Shown one piece after another: positions 1 to 14,200 of a stretch of 64,000 nucleotides of DNA; positions within the stretch are counted from its first letter, which is position 1, and the number at the start of each line of letters is the position of its first letter. Origin of the DNA: Balanoglossus misakiensis (taxonomy: Eukaryota; Animalia; Hemichordata); NCBI GenBank assembly GCA_040954595.2, contig CM082592.2, positions 6,053,431 through 6,117,430 of the forward strand, written 5' to 3'. Both the position numbers and the translations under genes were made by a program. The notes beneath the pieces were generated by a model. The model had not been told where the DNA came from and made no database searches. It was given only the letters and a program-made list of their open reading frames with translations.

Positions 1-349
1 TTAGAGCAAGAGAATTGTAATGATGGTCCTTGCACTCCGCAGAGATATTTGAATTGATAACAATTGCATTGAATATAGTACACATAGCTATTCATTGATA
101 ATGTCAGAGTTTAACCTCCAGTCACCCGGACTCACCCTTGGACAGAGAGGTCACTTTTGTCTCAAGGTCACCTTCAACTCTACACAGCGGGTAGTGTGTT
201 GCCATGTAAACAGTATACACAAGTTGTGTTGTATTTTAATGTAGTAAATATGTAAAACCAGCCCTTTCTTGCCAGTGGTGAACATTGTAACTAGCTGAAT
301 ATCCAGTTGTGTATTAATTCCCCATTTTTTTCCATCATTGCTATTACAG

Positions 350-2420
350 GTGGCATAGCTGGTGGTTTGGAAGTGTGCATCACATATCCCACTGAGTATG
401 TCAAAACACAGCTCCAGCTGGATGAGAGATCGGCAAAGCCTTTGTACAGAGGGCCCACGGATTGCATAAAGTACACATGGAGAAACTACGGATACTTTGG
501 TTTTTATCGGGGTCTCAGTGTACTTATATATGGCTCGGTTCCCAAGGCAGCAGTCAGGTGGGTAAATGGCATGTCAGTTCTCGCAAAGTAATATGGATAA
601 GTGCACTGCGCTGATTAAATGGTTGATAGTCCGATCAAATTTAGTCACTCTGTATTACTACTGGATGTAAGCTACTCGCATGGATTAATAATTTTAGATT
701 CCGTCATGGAGTGAAACCGTTCTCAATCTGAGAAATTACAGCAGTCTTTGTCTCTGTTCAGGGTTTTTCTCAGAGTCTCTATATTCTATTACATTTGATT
801 TATTGCTTTTTCATCGTTAAATATCATACAAATGATCCCCCAACAGGTTTGGTGCAAACGAGTTTCTCAAAAATAAATGGAGACATCACAACAATGGTAA
901 GATCAGTAAACTCGGCAGTGTGTTCTGTGGTCTTGGAGCCGGAGTCTCAGAGGCCATTCTTGCCGTAACCCCCATGGAAACAATCAAAGTCAAGTTCATC
1001 AATGACCAAACGCTCAAAAATCCACGATACAAGGGATTTTTCCATGGAGTCCGACTCATTGTGAAAGAACACGGTGAGTAAAGTTGGTTTTCCGTAATCT
1101 CACATGTATGAATCTAAGAACAGATACTATAGATGCTAGAGATGTAGTCAATCACAGATTTCGGGGGGATCATATTTTAACCGTAAATGGGAATATTTAA
1201 ATTAGAAGCAACTGTGTATACCTGTAAATTCTTCTCTCAAAGAGAAGCAAACATTTGGAAAACATTCGTGGTGGTATTGTCTGTGTGTGTGTGTGGGGGG
1301 GGGGGGGGGTTACAATGCAACAGAGCCAATCAGAAAGGCTGTCTCATGATGACAATAATAGTAAACGTACGCTGTCGCTGTATTTAAGGCTGCAGTTTTC
1401 CTAGAATAGTCCGGCAGAGCTTGCGTAGCATCGTGGAGCGGCGTTAAAAGCTTTGGCTCGCGAGAGTGATCAATTTCTGGCACACGATGATGATATGCAA
1501 AGTACGCAAAGACCCATAAGGCACATTTCTGTTATGGGCAGGTCTCCACGGCGTATATCAGGGCGTGACGGCGACTATTCTGAAACAAGGCAGCAATCAA
1601 GCCATCCGATTCTTGGTGATGGACACGGCGAGGGCGCACTACAGGCAGAAGTACAACATCCCCGAGCACAAGGCTCTCAATCCGGTCATCACAGGATTGA
1701 TGGGTGGCTTTGCTGGGGCGTGTTCGGTGTTTGGCAACACTCCCATCGATGTCGTCAAAACGAGAATGCAGGTAAAGTACACTATTATTAGATAACAAGT
1801 CTTGGAGCAATAGCCTGGTGGACTAGAGGATATATAGCTCGACTGTTAACAGTATTGTCGATTGATTTCTGATGCAGGCAAAATTCACATCTGTGGAAGA
1901 TTGCATTCTATGCTGTCCACATAGCTGCAACACCCTTCACTATATCAAGTCTGTACCTTTGATACATTGCAGTGTTGAAAATGATGACAGTTTCAGGACA
2001 TGTCCTGCTGTAGCCTGGAGACGCATGCAACCACTGTTAAACATCAATGATTGTATTTTCATTTCCAGGGTCTTGAAGCAAGCAAGTACAAAGGCACTCT
2101 CGATTGTGCTCTAAAGATAGCAAGACATGAAGGCCCTAAGGCGTAAGTATATTCACCATACTTTTTTTCCGACAAGGTCATCATCAGAATTCACTGTCAG
2201 AATAGACTGTCTAACCTACCAGCATGCAGGTTACTTTTACTTTGCCCAACTAAGTTCAAGGGAACTCAACAAATATATTTGATTTTAATCATTTGACAGA
2301 TTCTACAAGGGAACAGTACCAAGACTGACCAGAGTGTGTCTGGATGTTGCGCTGGTGTTTATACTCTACGATCAAGTACTCACAGCTATCAATTACGTGG
2401 AGAGGAAAGTCAAAGGATAA
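350..2420 (+). CDS. SLC25A1: Mitochondrial tricarboxylate (citrate) carrier; 5'-partial, first coding exon lies upstream of the window
   Basis: Exons 350-557, 847-1073, 1542-1771, 2069-2142, 2300-2420 (TAA). All introns are GT-AG and phase-compatible. Three carrier signatures ([33 protein letters not shown]) plus [10 protein letters not shown] and FYKGTVPRL motifs typical of the citrate carrier. Confidence 0.95.
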
Positions 2421-5400
2421 TCTGCCTGGCTGGGTCTTCCTTCCAGTCGAGGCACTGAATTTTAGGTTTTTGTATTTTAAAAATAGCAGTCAGTCCCCCC
2501 ATTCTCTGGATCTGGTTGTTGCAGATCTGAACCCTTCTTTTTGTCAGACTTGGGGTTGTTTACTACGTTTATGGCCTGGGAGGATGACACATTCACGTTC
2601 CTCAAGCAAACATGTGAATGACACAAGTTATACGGTAACCTTGAAGGGCACTTAGATGGTCTGAATAATTAGATACAGTGAACGGTGAAATAGAATGCGT
2701 CCAGACAGTTGAACTGGGACTTACAAGGTGCTTGGACAATACTCTACGTTGTTTGTTGACATACAACCCTTCTGTTGAAGATGGGCTCTCATTCTTCGCT
2801 GCCAACAGTTCGCGATACCCCCCTCACTCATGACAAACTTTGCCATTTTAAATTTAACCTGTCAAAAGGAACAGCGTTGCCATCATATGAGACATGGTTG
2901 TTTTTGTTTTCCATTGGGAACTGGCTTGTATGTTCTACTTATTGATATTTTTTTGAATAATTAATATTATCACTAGGTAGAACAATAGAACTTCTTACTG
3001 GGAACAAAAATGACTGAGTCGTAAAATGTCAAAAGCAAACGACCTCGTTCCGTTAAATTACTTTTGTGGAAGCAATGCGTTTGCCTTCTCAGCATGTGAA
3101 TTTTGGAGAAATTGGCTTAATTTACTTTCACTATTGAATGATAGCAACTTTCCTTCAAATGAAGTAATTGTAATAATGGTATGTTATACTGTGTTGACTT
3201 AAAAAAAACCCAGACTTACAGTATTGCATCATTGCAAGGATACTAACAGACCATTGACATGGTATATACGGTACCCTTTCGCTGCCATGTTTTTGGTTGA
3301 CTCCCTTTGACACTGCAGTGGTATGGTTTGGTCCATATTATAGCAACCTGTTTCTGGATCAGTACTGAGAATTTCCAGAACTGGAAACCAAGCATTTGTG
3401 TATTCATATTAAAAACTTGACACACTTTCTCAGAGACTTACCATTTTTCATACAAAAGTAAGGTCCAAAACTCACTTGTTGTAGTGTATACAACTCTAAT
3501 ATTACCTTCAATATATTTTTCAAAATGTTATGTGTGTGTGAACATTGTTTTGTCAAGTGAGTGGACAACACCATTTTATTTTTATGAGATAAAAAAAACA
3601 ACAGATTTATAGAGTCGCAGCGCACACTTGACACAAAAGTCTGAAATACTAGTATATAGTTGTACAGTCTGACATACTGCTTGACTACTTGTCAATGAGA
3701 CAAACTGTTGTGAATTAACATTCATCGAAAGTGTTTTTGCTGTCAGCCTTTTAAGTGTTTTTTCTGCCTTTCATGATAGTTTCGTTTACGGAATAAACAA
3801 ACTTGTTTCTCTGGCTATAAGCAGCTCCTTTTATAACTCTGCGAGTGTCTTTTTTTTGCATATTAAAATTATGGAAATTTTAGTTGTTTTTCGGAACTAT
3901 GAATTTCTTCGTGTATGTGACCAGGCTGGGCAGCTTTTCTTTAGGGCGTAAATGTTTTGATTTTATTTAATTGTTATGTAACTTTTATGGACTGCTTGCT
4001 TTATCTCCGCACAAATTTTTTGAATGAATATGAAATCGCTTTCTTCTTTTACTATTATTTGATTTTAAATCAAGCAATAAAATGAACAGGACTGTCCTGT
4101 TGTAAAATTATCTTTAGTACAGACAGACATACATCCATACATGTACAGGCATCGCAGATTGAGTAATTGCATTGCGAATAATGGAATATTGTTGGGAGGC
4201 ATTTAGCAGTTAGATATCTTGATATCAGTTGTCATAGTTCAATTTCATGTCCACGAGCCAAACTCTTATTGTACTTTAAGGTTGCAAAACTAACATCTCG
4301 TGAAAAAAAAATATATCTTTTTGTGAAAACTAGAATGTGTAGCTTTGGGTGTTGGTTACATGATGCAGTTCCGTTTTGCCGATACAGGCTTCTCTGTTGA
4401 CCTTTCTTCTGATGTGGGAAGTTCTGAAGACTGGTTCACGAACCTGATATTCCAAACACGGAATTTTCATTGTTACTTTATGATGACCAGAATCTTTGTG
4501 AGTGATTTAAAAAATGTGCCTGTCACAAAAGAGTAGACCAAATCAACAGAAAACTGATATGCAATGTACACACTGGCATATCAGTAAAAGATGACCAAAC
4601 TTTGTAAGGCTAAATGATGCTGGAGGGCGCTGTTACAGTGATTTTTGTCTTGTCACATCTGTCTTCCAGGACCAATGAACACTGACATAGCCATGTATTA
4701 CTCTTGCATTTGTTAAAACAGGCTTATTTTCAGCTGAACTACAATGTGACTATGACTTCATGGATATGGCCAGCAGAGTTGTATTTGCCCAACATATGTC
4801 ATACTGGTACATGAATATAACAGACTTTTCATGGAATGTTTTTTTGGCATTTTTTCTCTGTACATAGCAATAGCATGTGGCTACTGAACTGATTTGGTCT
4901 CCTGTAGTGGAATTACGGTATCATTTTAGCGAAAGATGTGTCTTATCTGGGAAGTGTGGTAATTTGTCAGTAGTAGGAGTCTACTGCTTGGTGGGGTTTA
5001 GAATGTTTTATGTGAAAATAAACTATGGTGAATTTGTGAGAGAAATATGGTCTCTGTGTGTGGGTCAGTCGACGTCAACTTTGTAACTTCATTAGAAAGT
5101 TTTAGCGCCCTCTGTGGCAATTGCTGCAAATCCACAGCAAATTGAGCGCCCTCTACAGTCAGTGTCACTAACGTTGATGGAACAAGTCCTATCTCAGGAC
5201 TTGGATAATTAACAAAACAAATACTTCTTACTTGCATTCACATTCCACAGAAAAGAACACTACATGTGAATTAAAAGTATTGATAGAATTTATTGCAGTG
5301 CATCAAAAAGTGTATTAAAACCTGTCATATTGCAAATATATCAATTTTGGATTTAAAATTTTGTTATCAACAAAACTAGTAAAACAGATTTCAATGCTGG

Positions 5401-7289
5401 TATGAGTAAACTTGACAAACGGTGAAATTCACTCAAAATTCTAGACTAGTCCAATATAATATACAGAATAAAAACGAAAATTATACAATTAACATCATTC
5501 CAGAATAGGGAAATAGTGGAAGAGGTCATGAATATTTGCTTATGTTACAATGGAAGATTGTATGGGAAATGTATTGTAATAGTTTTTTATTGTGCATCTA
5601 TATATCCTACATAATTATGTTTAAGTATAGGCTATACAGCAATGACATGTCAATTTTGGAGAAAATTTCCCTTTCATTTCAGTGAAACAACCTGGCAGTC
5701 ATTTTCAAGATTTCTTGCAGACAACTTCTGCAAATTGACACTGGAAAGAAAAAAATATTATCAAGTTATGATTTCTTTGGAGATTGTTAACTCAAAGTAG
5801 ACATTGATTTTAATGGTTTTATATCAAATGCTGATTTTCGAAGATGTTCTTTTCCATTGAATTCTCACTTGTAAATTACCTAATAAATTTATTTGATTAG
5901 ATTATGTAGTTAGAGCTCCAAAAGGCATGCAATTTTTCTCTTTATTTGGAACATGCATTATTACAGAGTTGTAAAGTAGAAATATAAAATGGAATATGCC
6001 AAAGTATGGCTATTGATTTTATTCATATGAACATTACAACTTCAATCAGTCCCACGTAAAAGTCATTCACAAAATTGAATGGGTAGTTTTATAACCTCTG
6101 AAAGGCAGTGATTGTTCGCCATTGAATTACACAAGAAAGTAATTTCTCTTGGAGAATTTGGCTCACCAGTTGGCCTCTTGAGATGCAATTTCAAACACTT
6201 TTCTCAGAGAATAAAACGTTTGGAGTTCTATGTGCTTATAGAATTGATGTGTAAAGTGTAAATTAAGTAACAGGAATCTTTCCAGAAGTTGAGTGCACAT
6301 TTTGTGCAATAAAGTACTGCTGTGGTAGGAGTCAAGATTTCCTTAATTTGATTTTGGCATTCAACAATTTCATCCCACGCTCTATATTAGCATAACGGCA
6401 TATTTACAAAAGATGAAGAGGAGAAAAAAATATAATTTGAATGGATTGATGCAATGGCAGGTTCTGATCAGATCTCTCATGACAAAATGCATGTTTTCGT
6501 ACGGTACCATAGTCTGACTTGAGATTCTGAATAATTTACTGCACAAAAATCCATGGAATGAACTAGATCTCCCAGCTTAGATCCGCCAGCTTAACTCTGC
6601 CGACTAAAACTCGCCACTTTCATCTCATTTGATGTCTCCAGTGAGATTTCTACATTCATCCCTAGCCTGTGGCATCCTTTCAGTCCGTTGGACTTGTAAT
6701 CGCATGGCACCGAATTTCCCCGCACTCAGAAGGCAAATTTAACCGTCACGACAGGGCAGGCAATTGGAATTTTTACGTATCCATGTTTCCCTTGACAACG
6801 TAACAAAGTCCCGCACACAGAATGTTGCTTTTATTCCGGGGTTAGCGCGTTATCTCCCCGGGGTATAATTTTGATTAATGAAGTGTACAGCGGTGTGAAC
6901 AAGATGACTGGGGAAAAAAACATGGATTCCTAGAAAGTCATCTCTATATATAATAGGATCACACCACTGCACAGGCAGTTCCATCAAGTCATAATTGCCA
7001 TTGAATGCCATTTACACATATTTGACATTTTTTGTGAATAATACATGTACAGAGTCTGGATGGCACAACCAATAGAAATGGCTATAGTCACTGATAGGAA
7101 CTGGGTATATCATTTCAGCACATACGAACCTTAGTATACATTTCAGACTCACTGGATTTTTTGCATTATTCAGTTTGTTTAATTAATTAATTCTCTGAAC
7201 ACGTCTGTGAAATGACATCTTTGGGTTCATGAAACTTGCCGCCAGCTTTTCTTTATTTATTTATATCCATGATATTCTTCACCCAAGAA

Positions 7290-8261
7290 CTAATCATATT
7301 TCTCCACCTTATGAGCATCTAGATAACCCATCTTGCAAATTGCCTTGTACTGGTCCGGGATTTCCATAAGCGCGTTCAAGGCAAAGGCCGGCTCGGCGTA
7401 CTTGGCCTTGGCGCACACTTTGTGGAAGTTCACAAACTGGAAGTTGTCGAACTTCCGACTGGGCAGCATGTCGTCGTACTGCTCCATTGTAGTCCAGGGG
7501 CCGTCGCCGACGCCGACGACGATGATGCTCAGTGCATAGTTGGACGCCGCCACGATGGCGTCGATGGTCGGCTGCTGGTTCTTGAGTTGTCCGTCGGAGA
7601 CGATCAGCAGCAGGTGGTAGAGGTTCGTCTTCTTGACCGTCTCTATCGCCTTGTTGATGATTGGCGCGAGGCTGGTCGGCCCGCTCAGCGACACTCGCGA
7701 GGCCACATCGTTGTACTGCTGTAAGACTTCCCCGAATCCTTTACACGGATAACCGCTGGACTTCAGAGGAAATATGTCCGTATTTTTGGTGACCAAATCA
7801 CCGAATCCATATGCAGGGATCAGATTGTCACTGTCAAACTTCTCCAGCGTTCCGCCGATGATCGCAATCACCTTCTGGTACGGGTTGACGATCTTCTGCC
7901 CGGACAAGTGGTGCAGACACTTGTTGCTGAACGTCTTGCGTCCCTGCCACTCGTTGCTGGCCGTGAAGTCGATGCCGACCATCAGCTGCCACGTCTGGAG
8001 GCCCGCCTTCTTCATCGCCTTGACGATCTGCTCGAAGCTGCTGAACCGGTCGGTGAACGTGGTGAAGTTGGACACCTCCTCGTGCGAGAGGCCGAGCGAG
8101 GCGAACAGGCTGGTGTCCTTGTACACCATCTCTTGCCGCGACACCTGGGCGTCGTCGTCGTCCTCGACAACCAGCCGGCGTTCCCGCTGCTCTTTCTGGT
8201 ACTGCAGGAAGATCACGACGTAAGTCGTCCACGCACAGATGAAGAGGATCACGTCCCACAT
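7290..8261 (-). CDS. Copine-type VWA domain protein with N-terminal hydrophobic anchor (no C2 or RING domain); single coding exon
   Basis: 323-aa ORF with high GC3. Copine/RGLG VWA motifs: LMVGIDFTASN, NPYQKVI, FDSDNLIPAYGFGD, LSGPTSLAPII, LLLIVSDG, LSIIVVGVGDGPW, RKFDNFQFVNF. N-terminus WDVILFICAWTTYVVIFL is hydrophobic. A minus-strand splice acceptor at 8304-8306 implies upstream non-coding exon(s). Confidence 0.88.
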   Translation of the reverse strand: MWDVILFICAWTTYVVIFLQYQKEQRERRLVVEDDDDAQVSRQEMVYKDTSLFASLGLSHEEVSNFTTFTDRFSSFEQIVKAMKKAGLQTWQLMVGIDFTASNEWQGRKTFSNKCLHHLSGQKIVNPYQKVIAIIGGTLEKFDSDNLIPAYGFGDLVTKNTDIFPLKSSGYPCKGFGEVLQQYNDVASRVSLSGPTSLAPIINKAIETVKKTNLYHLLLIVSDGQLKNQQPTIDAIVAASNYALSIIVVGVGDGPWTTMEQYDDMLPSRKFDNFQFVNFHKVCAKAKYAEPAFALNALMEIPDQYKAICKMGYLDAHKVEKYD

Positions 8262-11200
8262 CCTGATTTCAACAAATATCCAAACAGCTAGAAGTCGTCA
8301 CCGCTGAAAATAAGAAGAAAACACTTTCTAATTAGAAATTAATAACAAGATAAAGTAAACATTTTGTCAAAGAGAATTAAGACATATATAGTAATTACTC
8401 CAAGTTCATATCATAGGCTTAAATAAATGATGCCTAAGTAGTACACTTAACAAGACTTACCATTTTACTTTTAAACAGTATGTCTGTTCAATATGATTAC
8501 ACATTTTCTATATAATAACGCAAGAATATTTTTTCAGTCACATAGTTGGATGATGACCTACAGGTATATACCCTTGCTTGTTGATTCCATCAGCAGTCTA
8601 ATAACACTAAAACGTCAACTCGCCGCGGTAACGGCAATAAAGCATTATCAGTCAACTCATCTGTCATTGTGGCATTATCAGCTCTCAGGTGTTACAATGA
8701 TTGTGAGTGTGCTGGGTGATACAAGTTGAGATTAGATTGACATTTTATCGATGTATCAAGGGTAATATTTATGCCTACCACAATATGTAAACCACATACG
8801 AGAACATCTGCCTGTTGTGTGAATTGAATTCATAACCAAGAGCTGACAAGAGAAATTCACTGTTCCAGCATGATTTACAATCTCCCTGAATGGAATATAT
8901 TGATGAAATAATATCTAACTCAATTCTTTGAATATTCTTATAAACTAGGGTCTTGTATCACTGTTTATTGAATATTCAAGCAAATCCTTTTCCATCGAAA
9001 AGTTCATAAAGTTAATTAAATAGCTTAAAGGCCCAGCTTTATGCATTTTAGTATTTTTGTTTGTCGAACATTTAACTGAATTCTATATTAATTCTATTGG
9101 CGAGTTATGCATTGAAAGAAATCAATTTACATTTGGGTGATGTCCTTGCATAGTTGCAATATTCGTCCCTTAATTGTAATCGCACTAATAAGGCATGCAG
9201 GATGTTGAACCCCATTGGAGCTTAATTTTCATGGTTTAATTGCTAATTAGCACGGTCACTATTCTGCTAGCAGCATTGTGCACTTGGTATTTACGTAATA
9301 ACTGATCTGGTTTCACCATCTGTTTCGCGACTGCTGTTTAAATACACCAATCAAACCTGTACCTCAGAATGCATTACAAAATATGCCATTTTCATGCAAT
9401 CATGCTTGAGTGGCTGCAATTGGTATGAAACCAAACTTTGCTCGCGGATTAGGGTTTTTGGAGTCATACGTTGAATCATGCGATTACCTTGGCAACCGAA
9501 AATACATAATTTACCTGTCTAGCTGAACAGCAGACAGAATTTTTTTTTTTTATGAATAAATAGTTACACTGTGGTGATGAAAAGAATACAAATAGTATGC
9601 TATTTGCTTGATTATGCAGTCAAGGTGGTTTGCTCTGTATTTCAAGGACACAATTGTCTGTCTGGAATGTAACAAATTGTAGAAAGTATTCAACAAATTA
9701 ACAGTGACAAGAGAAACTGGCATGACAGGTACTTAATTCCTGGACCTCTACAATTTCCAAAGCTCAAGAATCCATAAAAGTATGAAAGGCTGGATCATCA
9801 TTGTTCTGAGTTAAAGTATTAGTCAAATTAAAGGATCTTAATTATTTTCTGAAAGGGCTATAACGTATTGACAGGGAACATACCTTACTCAGAAGATGAG
9901 ACTGCGGTGATAGCTCGACTGAAGAAATGCTACTTAGAAATCAAGACATGCGGTTGATTGTCCTTTTATGCTACGTACACTATTGGTTCCAGGAATTACT
10001 GCCTGTGCATTTGCAGGCACACGACTGAAGGTAATATAACAGCAGTTTTAAAGCATTATATTTATAACGAACATATGTCATTGTGGTTTTTAAAAACAGG
10101 TTAGCTTTAACTTCTAAGATTAACTATTTCAGGCAGATGTTCAGTGAAGGTTGAGCTAGACTGAGAACTCTTCTCAGCCATCTTTTGATATACACATGTA
10201 TTTAAATTATTTTTAGTGTCAACGCATGCTATATGGACCTGTTATGATTCTATTAACTCACAAAATTAACTTTGATGCAGCATTAACACTAATTGCATTG
10301 ATATTTGGTATAGTGTCTGTATGGACATGACATCATTGTGTTGATGTTTTACCTTCCATACTGTCACCATGGAAACAGCAAACTTCTCTTCTGCTAAGTA
10401 ATCATCTCTCAAAGATGTTCTGTTTGAATTTTAATCACGGAATATTTTAATTTCATTACAATGAAAGCTATGATGTAATGAAATGGATTAAAAGCCCAAT
10501 CTGCAAACAGTCAATACAATTACCAAATGCTTTTTTGTTTGTTTTTTAAAAAAAATGAATACACTTTCAAAGTGGACAGTAGTTGTCAGGGGTAGTACTT
10601 TGCATAAATTTGCATAGGGAAACAGTCACATCTCCGCGTTAGGCTTTATGTAAGGAGCTTAACTTGATACACTGCGAGGAAAATATAACCTTTAAAATCG
10701 GAAATCATGCACATGGTCCCGAGTCAGTGCTCAGTATAATGATGTGCATAAACATTTTCCCTTGTTTTTCCCTTCATGAACGCAGTTTCCAAATATGGTA
10801 ATATTACAAGTCAAAACCTTCCTATTCGAATATTTAATCACAATTTCAGTGAGAATGGTTGATCCGTGAAGAAACTAATGTTACAACAGAAAGATGAGTT
10901 TGTGAAAAAGTGCAAGGCAGCTATAAATATTTATGCCAATATTCTTAATGGAGGCTGGAGGTCATTTTCTTTTCTCAATTAATTACCCTGCAGTGGAAGA
11001 GACACTGTTGAAATGTTTATCTCTAAAAGCCAGCCAACAGCGTTGATTATAGACCATGCATCAATCATGCATGCAAGTTCATACTTCAGTGATCACTTTC
11101 ATGTTGTGTTTTAATTTCTTTAATATACAACCGCGATCAGATCTAAAAATAGAAATGCTTTATGGGTAAAAAAGGCGTAAAGATTTCAACCTGCAGCTTG

Positions 11201-14200
11201 ATTATAGAAACAGAATAACATGAATTTACTGTTGAAGTGTGAATTGCACCATGCTATATCACCTAGGCCTAGCTTCTCAGTGCACAAAGAGACAAATTAT
11301 TAGCTGAATCATCATGTACAAACAACAGTGCAATTATTTTCTCAGGGTCTGTAAATGCTGCAGGCCGGCTATTGATCTGGAACACTACTTAACGTGAACA
11401 ACACAATGAAGATTTGACTGCTGGATAATTTTAAAAAAACATATCCCACAGTGGGAGATACATGGAGAACCTTTTACTGATACTACAGGTGAAAGGTTGG
11501 CCGAGTCTGATGATAAATACTCAACGTGATATCAGCATGTGTGATTATGGAGCGGTTTTTTTTTGTGCAGTGAAAGGCTTCTGTAATCAAAGTTTCAGAT
11601 TGACGTACTGTACCGGTACTGTACTGTCACAAGTTGGTATTAGTAGCCAACACTGTAGTCTAGTCATCACACTGCATAATAATTCAGTTACTGCTTACTC
11701 TAAGATTAACTGCGGCAAGCTCAATTCACTCACTGTAACATTGTCAGGTATTTTTTTCAGTATTTTCTTTTGAGTTTCTAGTCCAAATCCCCAGAGTATG
11801 ATGAAAATGCCCTGTTTTAGCAATTACCCCGTATTGCAACCCTACATTCAGATTAAAGAAAACAGAAAAGTCAAGATCAATTCATATCATCCGAATTTCT
11901 GATTAGAATTCTTGCTGTGCTGCGAAAACCATTAGCACCTATAGCCTTGAGCATTAACTAACTGTGAAGTCTAACCGTTAAAAGTCAGTTAATGGTGGAA
12001 ATCTTCACTCCCGTAATGCTAGTCGACAAAAGACCTTTGATGTTGACAGATGAAGTTTTTAAAGAGAGTACATGAAGGCCATATCAATACCTTGGCATCA
12101 TACTGTCATTATTGAACTTCATTTGTTACCCATTAGCTGTGGCTGCAGTGGCTTTGTAAGAAATTTTGTTCTGCATGATGACTGATCAACCCCATTAGCC
12201 TGTACAAGCTTATTACAATGACTGTTGTTGGCCGTTGATTTCAAGTCCGGACTTGAATTTAGATTTAGACCTGTTCTATTTCACATTGGCTAGCTGACAA
12301 GAAATTCAACCAGTCACATAAAATGAAGCTTGGAAATCAGTACTTTAAGAATTCTTGTACATGTACGGCATTTTATGAAAAAGGCAAATGTCGATCATCG
12401 GGCTCCAATTTCTTCTTTCTCCATACCTGAATACAATTGCTGTCCCAGAGCTGAAGACAGAACATTAAGGGGAAAAAAAACCTTGCGTCTGAAATACAAC
12501 ACTCAGCAACTAATTCCCTGCAGCGTATGAGTTGTCATGCTGTGTGACTGCCTGTCTTTTCAGAGACATGCACTCACCGTCCCAAATTCACTGAAAAGTC
12601 CTTCAAAAGATCAAGAAGACTCAAAGTGATAGTATTATCTGTACAAATATCTCATTTCACAGAATCCACTAATGACCCACTGTCAGTGCACCAGTGCGAC
12701 TTTAATGCTCTGATCTTCAATCTGATTATCAAAGAGGGAGTAGGACACAGTTTTTTTCCTTCCAATCTTCTAGATCTGAACGTAACCTTTGCATCCCTTG
12801 CCAATATATTCATGCAGTTCTGAATAAACTATTTCACATTATGAGTCATCTTCAATATTTGCAACAGCAGTTATCAAGGGTATCGTTTTCTTTTTCAATT
12901 GAGGTGGGGACTATATTTTTTGCTTCCATATAAGAAGCTATTTATAAGGTGAAGGTGAAGCGTACGTGTGGGCTGGCATTTTCAATCTTGTCAGAAATTT
13001 GTCTGCTAGTAGCTGTTGATCGTTTCTGTGCAAATGATTACTTTATTGAGGTTATGAAAACTACACACGTTCACACCGACTACAAAATGGCAGATGTGGT
13101 CAGTGAAAAGGCACCCTTGATAAATTTTGATTAAACAGCATTCACTGTGTATACAGTCAGAAAAAAAAACCTCCGGCTTTAAGACTTGATTGGCATGCAC
13201 GGTGACAACTACAGCCGATAGACTTTGCCAGTTATGTAAATTTACCTAAATTAACTGCGCCTTCATATTAAGATGACATCGCAAGCTTATGGTGATTTAA
13301 GCTCTGATCAGCTGGTCCAATATGTTCAATAAATGAGAAACATTGAAGCTGCCTCTCGACTGCTTCTAATATTGTGAAACATTGATTTTTATGAGTGATG
13401 CGTAAAATCTAATCTAGATTCTTGGTAATAACAGGAGAATAGGGGAATAAAATGTGATTTTCCTTTTCAAGCTTTGCAATTCCTAATACAACACTGAACT
13501 GGGTTGGAGAAAATATATCGCCCACGAAACAATCAATTGACTAATTTGCCAGCTGTGAAAATTATTCGTTCAATGCAAAATCAGGGCCATATGTACAAAC
13601 ATAAATTTACACGCTACTTGTTATCGCAGTTACAATTTTATTTTTGTTACCTGTAATAAAAATGTTATACATCCCTGCAGAAAGAAAGTTTCACCCTACA
13701 AAACCATTTTTCTTTGTTGCTTTACACATAACATTTTTATCCCTGTGCATACCTTTATGAGTTTTACAATTCTACTAAAGTATGACTGTATGATATATCA
13801 TAGTTGACATTGCATGGAAAGTGGTGAAAATCCCCAGGAATATTTTTATAATTCTGTCAGATCTGGCAATCAATGACACTTATACCCCAGGGCCATATCC
13901 TCCAGTATCATGTAGAGTGCACTAACACATTTCAAGTAGATGAGATCATCTGCACACAAGAGTGAAGCGCTTACTAATGCTAGAAAGACTATAAGCATGC
14001 AGGGAGATGCACTGTAAGAAAATGAACTCTTAATGACCCACAAGTGAGCATGTTTCAGTTAGTAGAACATAAAATATTCAAATGAAACGAAAATGAAGAA
14101 ATTATTCAAAATGATAACACTGTCTCTCTGAACACTGTACACTGACAGAATCAATACCTACATAGTATTTTACCGAAAAAAATGAAAACATAACTGGATA

